DNA of 32,000 nt from positions 1 to 32,000 of the forward strand of contig NZ_NVQC01000011.1 in the NCBI RefSeq assembly GCF_003044035.1, written 5' to 3'. The notes below the pieces were generated by a model. It had not been told where the DNA came from. It searched no databases and saw only the letters and a list, made by a program, of their open reading frames with translations. Source of the stretch: Candidatus Methylomirabilis limnetica. GTDB lineage: Bacteria; Methylomirabilota; Methylomirabilia; Methylomirabilales; Methylomirabilaceae. This document shows, piece by piece, positions 9,360 through 16,969 of the stretch. Position 1 is the stretch's first letter. Each line of letters opens with the position of its first letter. The translations under genes were made by a program, and so were the position numbers.

Positions 9360-9509
9360 GTAACTGCTCAGGTAGATAGGCTGAAGGCTGAAGGTATTTA
9401 GGGACAAATAATGCGTGATCATGCAAAACTCCGGAAAAGGTCTTGAATAGCTTGATCCGAGCGTTACGTAATGATCGATCTACTTCAGCCTAAACGCCTG
9501 AGTAGTTAC
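9360..9509 (+). mobile_element. MITE copy 2 (150 bp)
   Basis: Ends are GTAACTGCTCAGGTAGATAGGCTGAAGGCTGAAGG and CTTCAGCCTAAACGCCTGAGTAGTTAC. A perfect 8-bp direct duplication CATTAGTA flanks it at 9352-9359 and 9510-9517. It carries the shared core CCGGAAAAGGTCTTGAATAGCTTGATCCGA. Confidence 0.85.
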
Positions 9510-9531
9510 CATTAGTAGACCTCTATCCCGG

Positions 9532-10302
9532 TCATCTGGAGAAGACCTCTTTCAGAAGATCGGTCACGCGGGCCGTCGGATCGGTCCTGATCTTGCGTTC
9601 CTCCTCCCCCAATACATGGAACAGGCCGTCGAGGCCCTTGGAGACGACATGCTGATCGATGTCAAGTGTTGCGCTCTTCACGAAGGGGATAGATTGATAC
9701 AGCGTAACCAGTTCCTTGTATTGGCGGACGGCACCGACCTCGTTCATCGCCTGTTCAACGACCGGCCGGAAGGCTGCAACTAGACGGTTCGAGGTCTTTG
9801 CCTTGAAATAGTCCGTAGCTGCTGTGTCGTTTCCAGTGAGGATTGTGCGGACATCCTCGAAGGTCATCGCTGAGAGGGCATCGGTAAAGATCTGTGTGGC
9901 GGCTGGGGCTGCTCGCTCAGCAGCCCGATTCATGCTCAACATAAACGCATCCATCTGCGGACCATACCCTACCGCCCGCATCGTCGTTTCCAGTGTCTGA
10001 AGTTGTTGCGGCATCAGGATCCTGATCGCCGGGTTGTCAAAGTACCCATTAGGCTTCCCCGTCAGTGCGACGGCGTTCTGCGTCCCGATCCGTAGCGCTT
10101 CTTTCAGGCCTGAGCCGATCCTCCCATCATCAAGCCCACCCTGCTGCCCCATTTCCAACCCTTTGAAGGGCTTACTGAAGGGCCACCACCCTGGAGCCGG
10201 GGCATTATGCTCCTGCGCGGCTGCCGGTTGTTGACCGGCAAGGATGAGCATCGGGAGGCACAGGATGAGCGTTGCACATCCCTTCCAGAATCTCTTTTGC
10301 AT
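9532..10302 (-). CDS. Secreted DUF4197-family protein
   Basis: Signal peptide, then [14 protein letters not shown]...[12 protein letters not shown]...[20 protein letters not shown], which is typical of DUF4197. I prefer the ATG at 10302 (GGAGG 6 nt upstream) over the track's TTG at 10308. Confidence 0.7.
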   Translation of the reverse strand: MQKRFWKGCATLILCLPMLILAGQQPAAAQEHNAPAPGWWPFSKPFKGLEMGQQGGLDDGRIGSGLKEALRIGTQNAVALTGKPNGYFDNPAIRILMPQQLQTLETTMRAVGYGPQMDAFMLSMNRAAERAAPAATQIFTDALSAMTFEDVRTILTGNDTAATDYFKAKTSNRLVAAFRPVVEQAMNEVGAVRQYKELVTLYQSIPFVKSATLDIDQHVVSKGLDGLFHVLGEEERKIRTDPTARVTDLLKEVFSR

Positions 10303-10372
10303 CGCCAACCTCCTGTACGCGAATTATTGCAGCGGCTCCCCGGCTGAACAGATTGAGACCATGACGCCCACT

Positions 10373-10807
10373 TCAGATCACAGAGGTGCAATACGCGCAG
10401 CGTGTGGCCTCCAGGTGGATACTGGACAAGCAATGGGGGCACGCCTTTGTGCTCGGTGCGACCGGCGCCGCTTCGGGCTTCCGTGTCATGCGGTTGATCT
10501 GCCTGATCAGGAGGAAGATGGCAAAGGCCACGATCAGAAAATCCAACACGGTGTTGAGAAACACCCCGTAATTGATGGTGGCTGCACCTGCAGCCTTGGC
10601 TGCGGCGAGCGTGGGGTGGGCAGTACCGGAGAGATCGATGAACAGGCTGGAGAAGTCGACCTTGCCGACCAACAGGCCGATGGGGGGCATGAGGATATCA
10701 TTGACAAATGAACTGATAATTTTGCCGAAGGCGGCGCCGATCAAGATCCCGATGGCCATATCGATGACGTTCCCGCGCATCGCGAACTCTTTAAACTCCC
10801 GAAGCAT
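10373..10807 (-). CDS. mscL: Large-conductance mechanosensitive channel MscL with a C-terminal Cys4 tail
   Basis: N-terminus is [31 protein letters not shown], followed by NDILMPPIG. The C-terminus is CPHC-x12-CAYC. GGAGG sits 5 nt upstream of the ATG. Confidence 0.9.
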   Translation of the reverse strand: MLREFKEFAMRGNVIDMAIGILIGAAFGKIISSFVNDILMPPIGLLVGKVDFSSLFIDLSGTAHPTLAAAKAAGAATINYGVFLNTVLDFLIVAFAIFLLIRQINRMTRKPEAAPVAPSTKACPHCLSSIHLEATRCAYCTSVI

Positions 10808-11072
10808 CTACCCCTCCTCTTGCGCAATGGCAGATTACCACGCCTGTTCCGACCTTTACCCAGCGCAGGGACGGACGTGAATCCTGCCCCTGCTGCTACA
10901 GAGGATACCATAGTCTGCCGCTTGTCCGAAATAGCTTCCGACGGTGCCAAATCTATAAAGTGGAGCAGGGGGGCGCCTTATTCGGCGTTTCATTGAGAGG
11001 TGCGGGACAGGGTAAGGAAGCGGTTCGTGATGCAGGATGGCTGCCCGCGATTCGCAGCAACCTCGATCGGGT

Positions 11073-11573
11073 TTAGGCCAACGAAATTCTATGGTCCTCT
11101 AGGAGCTGTCGAAGGCGCTGGCCGTTGAGGAGCTCGATGGGTGGCCCCTCGGTGAGCTTCCGAACCTCTTCGGAGAAGAAGCCGGTTGTGATAAAGATGC
11201 CCTTAGATGCCCTTTCAGCACGTACCGTATCGCCTAGGGCAATGATCTGGGTGGAGTTGATCGGCACCTCAGGCGGGATCAGGACACAACGGACGATATA
11301 GCTGCCGCCGATAATCGGTTGGGGATTGACGGCGGTGATGTCGATCTCCCCATGTGTGTTACGATGGCAGCCCGTGATGGACAGACCCATCTGCTCCAGG
11401 AGGAGGAAACAGAGGCGTTCGAACTGCTCGGGCGTCAGCCGTTCCAGTCGCTGCTGCTCGACGTCCCTCGGTTGGTAGAAGGCCTTTTCGGCGGCTACCG
11501 GCGGCGAAGAGCGATTGAGCAAGAAGATCAGGCCCAGGCCGAGCAGGATCGCAATCGTAACTAAAACGAACAT
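11073..11573 (-). CDS. Membrane-anchored Mrr-like (restriction endonuclease fold) protein, with a degenerate catalytic motif
   Basis: 166-aa ORF. It has an N-terminal TM helix (MFVLVTIAILLGLGLIFLL) and an Mrr_cat-like core: FERLCFLLLEQMGL...HGEIDITA...IVRCV...KGIFITTGFFSEE...IELLNGQRLRQLL. Confidence 0.6.
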   Translation of the reverse strand: MFVLVTIAILLGLGLIFLLNRSSPPVAAEKAFYQPRDVEQQRLERLTPEQFERLCFLLLEQMGLSITGCHRNTHGEIDITAVNPQPIIGGSYIVRCVLIPPEVPINSTQIIALGDTVRAERASKGIFITTGFFSEEVRKLTEGPPIELLNGQRLRQLLEDHRISLA

Positions 11574-11627
11574 GCCTCTTGCTCTTCAAGGACCACCCAG
11601 GAGATCAGGCGAACAGACAGGAAGATC

Positions 11628-11795
11628 CTACCTGTACATCTCTTCGTAGATTCGATCTTTCTGGCCCTTTTTGATCAAGCGGTCATGGCGGAATGCTTGT
11701 TTCATCGCTGTCCCGAGACAGACTAAGATCAGGACGAGCATCCCGATGATCGGGATGTTGTCCGGCTGCGTCGCAATAGCCATAATATTTTCCAT
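11628..11795 (-). CDS. Small membrane protein (55 aa), hypothetical; not in the ORF track
   Basis: Translates as MENIMAIATQPDNIPIIGMLVLILVCLGTAMKQAFRHDRLIKKGQKDRIYEEMYR. The ATG follows AAGGAGGT by 6 nt. It has one TM helix with a positively charged tail, and a good promoter lies just upstream. Confidence 0.55.
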   Translation of the reverse strand: MENIMAIATQPDNIPIIGMLVLILVCLGTAMKQAFRHDRLIKKGQKDRIYEEMYR

Positions 11796-11817
11796 AGCTG
11801 ACCTCCTTTCACTCGGA

Positions 11818-11845
11818 ATTCTAGCACCGCTACACGTGATAGCAA
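11818..11845 (-). promoter_or_regulatory. Sigma70 promoter (extended -10) for the small ORF / Mrr-like pair
   Basis: On the minus strand: TTGCTA (11845-11840), a 16-nt spacer, then TAGAAT (11823-11818) with TGC immediately upstream. Confidence 0.4.
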
Positions 11846-12128
11846 GTCTTTTGTACGGAACTCTACATCCTCAGACTCGGACGTGCCATCTTCTCCTCTG
11901 GACGGGTCCTGAAAATAATCTACACGGCCCACGCTACCCGGCAATCGGCAATCGCTTTATTGTGGCCTCCCTACCATCCGACGAAATAATTCCTCCCTCG
12001 ATAGCGCATTTTGTTCTTGACAAGCACCATATGTCGAGGTAATTAAGACGTCTCTATACAAGATATGGTAGTGCATTGGAAAGTGGTACCTTTCTGATAC
12101 GCCGAGATAGATGGCTTATTTGCGCGTG

Positions 12129-12519
12129 GTAACTTCTTAGGTAGATAGACTGAAGACTGAAGGTTGTTAGACTGGAGGAACGCGCACAGATGAGCCAGGC
12201 GTTTTCCAAATGCGACGCGACAATGAACTACCCCACAGCAAGCTGCGGGGTATCGTCTTCTGTTCTGGCCCGTCATTCCGTGCTTGACACGCCTGCCCCG
12301 TACTTGATACGGGGCCTGCCCCGTACTTGTGTGATACGGGGGAATCCAGTCGGGCCCTCTGGGTACCGGCTTCCGCCGGTATGACGAACTTGCGGCAACC
12401 CGCGGGGGTATCAACCCTCAATGGAATGATGGAGACCGAAAAGGTTTTGGGCGCCTTGATTCGATCCGCGCGCAACGACTAACAGCCTTCAGCCTTCAGC
12501 CTAATCACTTTGTAGTTAC
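12129..12519 (+). mobile_element. MITE copy 3 (391 bp, composite) occupying the nrdJ leader
   Basis: Ends are GTAACTTCTTAGGTAGATAGACTGAAGACTGAAGG and AGCCTTCAGCCTTCAGCCTAATCACTTTGTAGTTAC. Apart from a 191-bp insert, it is collinear with the reverse complement of copy 4. No TSD is recognisable. Confidence 0.8.
12229..12419. repeat. Nested palindrome-rich insertion inside MITE copy 3
   Basis: This stretch is absent from the otherwise collinear copy 4. It is flanked by AATGAA (12222-12227) and AATGGA (12420-12425). It contains hairpin TACCCCACAGC/GCTGCGGGGTA, two tandem CCCCGTA-loop-TACGGGG hairpins (12296-12342), and the inverted pair CGTCATTCCG...CGGTATGACG. Confidence 0.55.
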
Positions 12520-12559
12520 GTCCGAGTTGTCACAATCATCCCAGGTAGAGGAGGACACA

Positions 12560-15500
12560 ATGTTTGGCAAGGCGAGCGAGTCAACGTTCCACGGGATTGA
12601 ACAGGGGGCAGAGATGACCCAGGCGGCTGGATCGCGACCGGCGAAGACCGGACAGTGGAGTGAGTCGGCCCTCCGCGTTCTCAAAGAGCGTTACCTGATG
12701 AAGGATGAGACCGGTGTCAGAGAGACGCCCGAGGAGATGTGTTGGCGGGTGGCGGTGGCCATCGCCAAGGCCGAAGAACAGTGGGGCAGAAGTGAGACGG
12801 AAGCTCGCCAAGTCGCGGAATCGTTTTACGATGTGATGGTTGAAGGGAAGTTCCTTCCTAACTCTCCCACGATGATGAATGCCGGCAAAGAGAACGGGAT
12901 GCAGTATTCGGCCTGTTTTGTGCTTCCCGTTGAAGACTCCATGGAAGGGATCTTCGAGGCGGTCAAAAGAGCGGCGATTATCCACCAGTCGGGTGGCGGG
13001 ACCGGCTTTGCCTTCTCGCGCCTCAGGCCGAAGGATACGCTGGTGAAGTCAACCGGCGGTAAGGCGAGCGGTCCCATCAGCTTCCTTCGGGTCTTTAATG
13101 CCGCCACCGAGGCAGTCAAGCAGGGTGGGGCCAGGCGTGGCGCCAACATGGGTATTCTCAAGGTGGATCACCCTGACATCCTGGAGTTCATCGACTGTAA
13201 GCTGGACGGCGGGATCACTAACTTCAATATCTCCGTGGCGGCCACCGAAACGTTCATGGATGCCCTGGCGAAGGACGAGGCCTACGAGTTGGTCGATCCT
13301 CACACCAAGTCCGTCACTGGCCACCTTCAGGCTCGCGAGGTCTTTCAACGGATCGTCCAGGCGGCCTGGCGGACCGGAGATCCAGGGATGGTCTTCATCG
13401 ATCGCATTAACACAAGTTCGGCCAATCCGGTCCAGCAGGATGAGCTGATCGAGGCCACGAACCCATGTGTGCCAGGGGATACGTGGATTATGACCGACGT
13501 CGGTCCACGCCAGGTCCTGGATCTGCTTGGCAAGCCGTTCCGCGCTATCGTGGATGGAGCCGGACATGCGAGCGGACTGGATGGTTTTTTCAAAACTGGT
13601 ACACGTCCCTTGGTATGCCTTCGGACGGTTGAGGGCTATTCGTTGCGCCTTACGGCAGACCATCAGGTCCGGAGGGTTACTAGGCTGACCCGCTATGTGT
13701 CTGAGGCGGAATGGACCGAAGCTGGGCAACTCCGCCCTGGTGATCGAGTACTCCTCCATGATCACCGGGAGCTGACGGGATGGGCGGGGGCTTATACGGA
13801 AGGCGAGGGGTATCTCGTTGGTCTGTTAGTTGGGGACGGTACTCTGAAGAACGACAAGGCGGTTCTCTCGGTGTGGTGTCCAGAAGTCGTCGCCGTCGCA
13901 AATGGACCGTCCGAGATTGGTGAGTCAGGAGCCTCGGCCGTGATGCAGGCTGCATGGAATTATGCCCAAGCCCTTCCTCATCGGTCGGATTTCAAGGGGT
14001 GGCTGCCAGTTTCGGGTCGAACCGAGTTCCGCCTGTCGCTGGCCTATCTGAGGAATCTAGCGGGAGAACTGGGAATGGCGCCTGGCCGGAAGGATATTAC
14101 CCCTACACTGGAGCAAGCCTCTTCTGCATTCTATCGGGGATTCCTTCGAGGTCTGTTTGATGCCGATGGGTCCGTCCAGGGATCGCAGGAAAAGGGAGTC
14201 AGCGTCCGCTTGTCCCAAAGTGACCGAGAACGGTTGCTGGCCACCCAGCGCATGTTGTTGCGCCTGGGCATCGTTTCCACGCTGTATGAGGGCCGCCGTC
14301 CGTCACAGGTTCGCATGCTCCCCGACCAGCGAGGAGGCCTGCGAGGGTACGCCACGGCCGAACAGCACGAGCTTGTCATCTCCGGGGATAACCTCCTGCG
14401 CTTTGCCGAGCGCGTTGGCTTCTCCGACAGTAACAAGGCCCTCAGGCTACGAACGTTGTGCTCAGCTTACCGGCGCATGGTAAACCGAGAGCGATTTACG
14501 GTCCGAGTGGTTTCTGTTACCGACGCGGGAATGGAAGATGTCTACGACGCGCAGGTCCCTGGGGTTCACGCCTTCGATGCCAACGGCCTCTACGCCCATA
14601 ATTGCGGCGAGCAGCCGCTTGGTCCCAATGACGCGTGCAATCTGGGCTCGGTCAATCTAGCCAGATTTTACCTCCCCTCGATTCCGGTGGATGCCAGGGT
14701 GACGGAGCGAATCGATTGGGCTGGACTAGAGCAGGTGGTACGGACGGCAGTCCGCTTCCTGGACGACGTGATCGACGTGAATCCCTATCCGCTCCAGGAT
14801 ATTATCGAGGAGGTCCGAAGCAACCGGCGTATCGGCCTCGGCGTCATGGGCTGGGCCGACCTGCTGCTTGAGCTTGGCCTTCCATACGACAGCGCCGAGG
14901 CGGTCACGCTGGGTGATGAGATCATGGGCTTCATTCAGCAAATTGGCCATGATGCCTCTGAGAAGCTGGCAGAGGCGAGAGGGCCGTTTCCTCGCTGGTC
15001 ACGGAGCATTTACAAGGGCAAGAAACCCCTTCGTAACTCCACCGTCACAACCATTGCGCCTACCGGAACGATCAGCATCATCGTCGGTTGCTCTTCCGGG
15101 ATCGAACCGATCTTCGCTGTCGCGTTCAGCCACATTGTAGGAGACCGGCACCTGACCTTCGTGAACCCGATCTTCGAGGATGTTGCGAAGCGACGGGGCT
15201 TCTACAGCGAAGAGCTGATGCGGCGGGTGGCCGAACAGGGGACCGTTCGCGGTCTTGAAGGCGTACCGGAGGACGTTCAGCGAGTCTTCGTGACGGCCCA
15301 CGAGATCGATCCCGCCTGGCACGTCAAGATGCAATCAGCCTTTCAGAAGCAGACCGATAATGGCGTCTCCAAGACGATCAACCTGTCCCACTCAGCGACG
15401 CCGGATGAGATCGCCAAGGCCTATATGATGGCGTATGAGCTTGGATGTCTCGGGATTACGGTCTTCCGCGATGGCTGTAAGGGCACCCAGGTCTTGCATC

Positions 15501-16126
15501 TCGGCACCGGCGCCAAGCCTGCCCTGAGCGATGCTGAAGGGCCTGCCTTGGGCGATATTGAAGTAGTGGCACAGCGGGAGGCGCCGCAAGCGATCCCAAT
15601 CGTTATGAAGATGGGCCGAGAGGCAGCGCTCAAGGTCAAGCCGAGACCGCGGACCGTGAAGGGCGTCACGTACAGGGCGGAGACGCCGCTCGGAACCGCC
15701 TTCGTCACCGTCAACCAGAACGGCGAAGGTGAGCCGTTTGAGGTCTTCGCCAGCGTCGGGAAGGCCGGGAGCGATACCTCTGCGGTGTCCGAGGCAATCG
15801 GCCGACTTATCTCTATGATCCTCAGGCTGCCGTCACCGATGTCTCCCAGGGAGCGGGTCGAGCAGATCGTGAGCCAACTCTCCGGCATCGGCGGCGGTCG
15901 GCCGATGGGCTTCGGTAAGGGTCGGGTTCGGTCGTTACCGGATGCCATCGCCCAGGTCCTGTCCGAGCATATCGGTCTGACCGAGCCCGGTGTTCAAGAG
16001 ATGCGGGCGGCTCTTGGCAAGGCGACCCAGAAAGTAGGCGACATGTGCCCTGACTGTGGCTCGGCAACCCTCGTCTACGAAGAAGGTTGCCAGAAGTGCT
16101 ACTCTTGCGGGTTTAGCGAGTGCTAG
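12560..16126 (+). CDS. nrdJ: Class II (adenosylcobalamin-dependent) ribonucleotide reductase NrdJ, interrupted by an intein
   Basis: Motifs seen: LPNSPTMMNAG, ACFVLPVEDSM, GGGTGFAFSRLRP, ATNP/CGEQPL and TIAPTGTIS, plus a C-terminal Zn ribbon CPDCG...CQKCYSCG. ATG 12560 sits 4 nt after GAGGAGGA. The track's TTG at 12527 is in frame but less likely. Confidence 0.9.
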   Translation: MFGKASESTFHGIEQGAEMTQAAGSRPAKTGQWSESALRVLKERYLMKDETGVRETPEEMCWRVAVAIAKAEEQWGRSETEARQVAESFYDVMVEGKFLPNSPTMMNAGKENGMQYSACFVLPVEDSMEGIFEAVKRAAIIHQSGGGTGFAFSRLRPKDTLVKSTGGKASGPISFLRVFNAATEAVKQGGARRGANMGILKVDHPDILEFIDCKLDGGITNFNISVAATETFMDALAKDEAYELVDPHTKSVTGHLQAREVFQRIVQAAWRTGDPGMVFIDRINTSSANPVQQDELIEATNPCVPGDTWIMTDVGPRQVLDLLGKPFRAIVDGAGHASGLDGFFKTGTRPLVCLRTVEGYSLRLTADHQVRRVTRLTRYVSEAEWTEAGQLRPGDRVLLHDHRELTGWAGAYTEGEGYLVGLLVGDGTLKNDKAVLSVWCPEVVAVANGPSEIGESGASAVMQAAWNYAQALPHRSDFKGWLPVSGRTEFRLSLAYLRNLAGELGMAPGRKDITPTLEQASSAFYRGFLRGLFDADGSVQGSQEKGVSVRLSQSDRERLLATQRMLLRLGIVSTLYEGRRPSQVRMLPDQRGGLRGYATAEQHELVISGDNLLRFAERVGFSDSNKALRLRTLCSAYRRMVNRERFTVRVVSVTDAGMEDVYDAQVPGVHAFDANGLYAHNCGEQPLGPNDACNLGSVNLARFYLPSIPVDARVTERIDWAGLEQVVRTAVRFLDDVIDVNPYPLQDIIEEVRSNRRIGLGVMGWADLLLELGLPYDSAEAVTLGDEIMGFIQQIGHDASEKLAEARGPFPRWSRSIYKGKKPLRNSTVTTIAPTGTISIIVGCSSGIEPIFAVAFSHIVGDRHLTFVNPIFEDVAKRRGFYSEELMRRVAEQGTVRGLEGVPEDVQRVFVTAHEIDPAWHVKMQSAFQKQTDNGVSKTINLSHSATPDEIAKAYMMAYELGCLGITVFRDGCKGTQVLHLGTGAKPALSDAEGPALGDIEVVAQREAPQAIPIVMKMGREAALKVKPRPRTVKGVTYRAETPLGTAFVTVNQNGEGEPFEVFASVGKAGSDTSAVSEAIGRLISMILRLPSPMSPRERVEQIVSQLSGIGGGRPMGFGKGRVRSLPDAIAQVLSEHIGLTEPGVQEMRAALGKATQKVGDMCPDCGSATLVYEEGCQKCYSCGFSEC
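13466..14602 (+). mobile_element. Intein (379 aa) with a LAGLIDADG homing endonuclease domain
   Basis: It starts CVPGDTW directly after ATNP, has block B LTADHQV, and ends LYAHN directly before CGEQPL. The two LAGLIDADG motifs are YLVGLLVGDGTL (about 13808-13846) and FLRGLFDADGSV (about 14140-14176). Confidence 0.85.
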
Positions 16127-16202
16127 ATCGCATGGCGGATATCCGCTCAATCTTACGTGATTCGTAAAAGTGGAGACTTGATGTCTCGCAGGAGGACGTT
16201 AG

Positions 16203-16757
16203 ATGTCGATCAAATCAGATAAGTGGATCAAGCGGATAGCGGTTGAACAGCAAATGATTGTTCCATTCGAGGCTGAGCAGGTCCGAAGCGGGGTAATCTC
16301 CTATGGTCTCTCGTCGTATGGGTACGATATCCGAGTGGCGAACGAGTTTAAAATCTTTACTAATGTCAACACGACCATCGTAGACCCAAAGAACTTCGAC
16401 GAGCGGTCGTTTGTCGATTTCAAGGGCGATGTCTGCATCGTCCCGCCTAACTCCTTTGCCCTCGCCAAAACCGTCGAGCATTTCAGGATTCCTCGGAATG
16501 TACTGACAATTTGTTTGGGGAAATCGACGTATGCGCGTTGTGGTGTCATCGTGAATGTCACCCCGTTCGAGCCGGAGTGGGAGGGGTTTGCGACCCTCGA
16601 AATCAGCAATACCACACCGTTACCCGCCAAGATCTATGCCAACGAAGGGATCGCCCAAGTGATCTTTTTCGAGAGCGATGAGACGTGCCTCGTGTCGTAT
16701 GCGGACAAGAAAGGGAAATACCAGGCCCAGCAAGACATCACGCTGCCTAAAATCTAG
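16203..16757 (+). CDS. dcd: dCTP deaminase
   Basis: 184-aa ORF: MSIKSDKWI...SYGYDIRV...[56 protein letters not shown] sits 6 nt upstream of the ATG. Confidence 0.9.
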   Translation: MSIKSDKWIKRIAVEQQMIVPFEAEQVRSGVISYGLSSYGYDIRVANEFKIFTNVNTTIVDPKNFDERSFVDFKGDVCIVPPNSFALAKTVEHFRIPRNVLTICLGKSTYARCGVIVNVTPFEPEWEGFATLEISNTTPLPAKIYANEGIAQVIFFESDETCLVSYADKKGKYQAQQDITLPKI

Positions 16758-16902
16758 CCAAGGCCTTTCCTCATTTTATCACTCCCTTTCGGCGAAGAGG
16801 GACAGTGCGGTTCGCAAGTATCCACAATCATTCTTAGAACCAGGCGCTGTCTCTCTTGTAGCCAACGATTTCGTTATGAAAAAAGTTTGACTTTTTGTAC
16901 GA

Positions 16903-16969
16903 TTGTTGTTGACACAGGCAGAACAGTCGTTGTAAATATATCAACAACGATGAGGTGCACAGTTGTTGA
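16903..16969 (+). promoter_or_regulatory. AT-rich promoter/operator region of the wHTH-NTase-like gene
   Basis: TTGACA lies at 16909-16914, with TAAATA at 16933-16938 (18-nt spacer). GTTGTTGA occurs at 16905-16912 and 16962-16969, and inverted at 16941-16948. A perfect inverted repeat, TCGTTGT (16927-16933) and ACAACGA (16944-16950), brackets the -10. Confidence 0.35.

Noticed and set aside
11671-12042. 123-aa plus-strand ORF.
   Set aside because: Its first part is the antisense shadow of the well-supported 55-aa minus-strand ORF. It has no SD, and the remainder runs through promoter-like AT-rich DNA.
12017-12110. NrdR boxes or a cobalamin riboswitch upstream of nrdJ, and a TTGACA-N17-TAATTA promoter.
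   Set aside because: The best NrdR-like 16-mers (around 12023-12038 and 12058-12075) match at most about 10 of 16 consensus positions and are not palindromic. No B12-box-like core was seen. The -10 lacks the conserved final T. I mention these only as weak candidates under the MITE copy 3 finding.
12043-12475. Three overlapping track ORFs (12043-12414 minus, 12167-12475 minus, 12190-12384 plus).
   Set aside because: All lie inside MITE copy 3 and its nested hairpin block. They are mutually exclusive, Arg/Pro/Gly-rich, and are not preserved in the other MITE copies.
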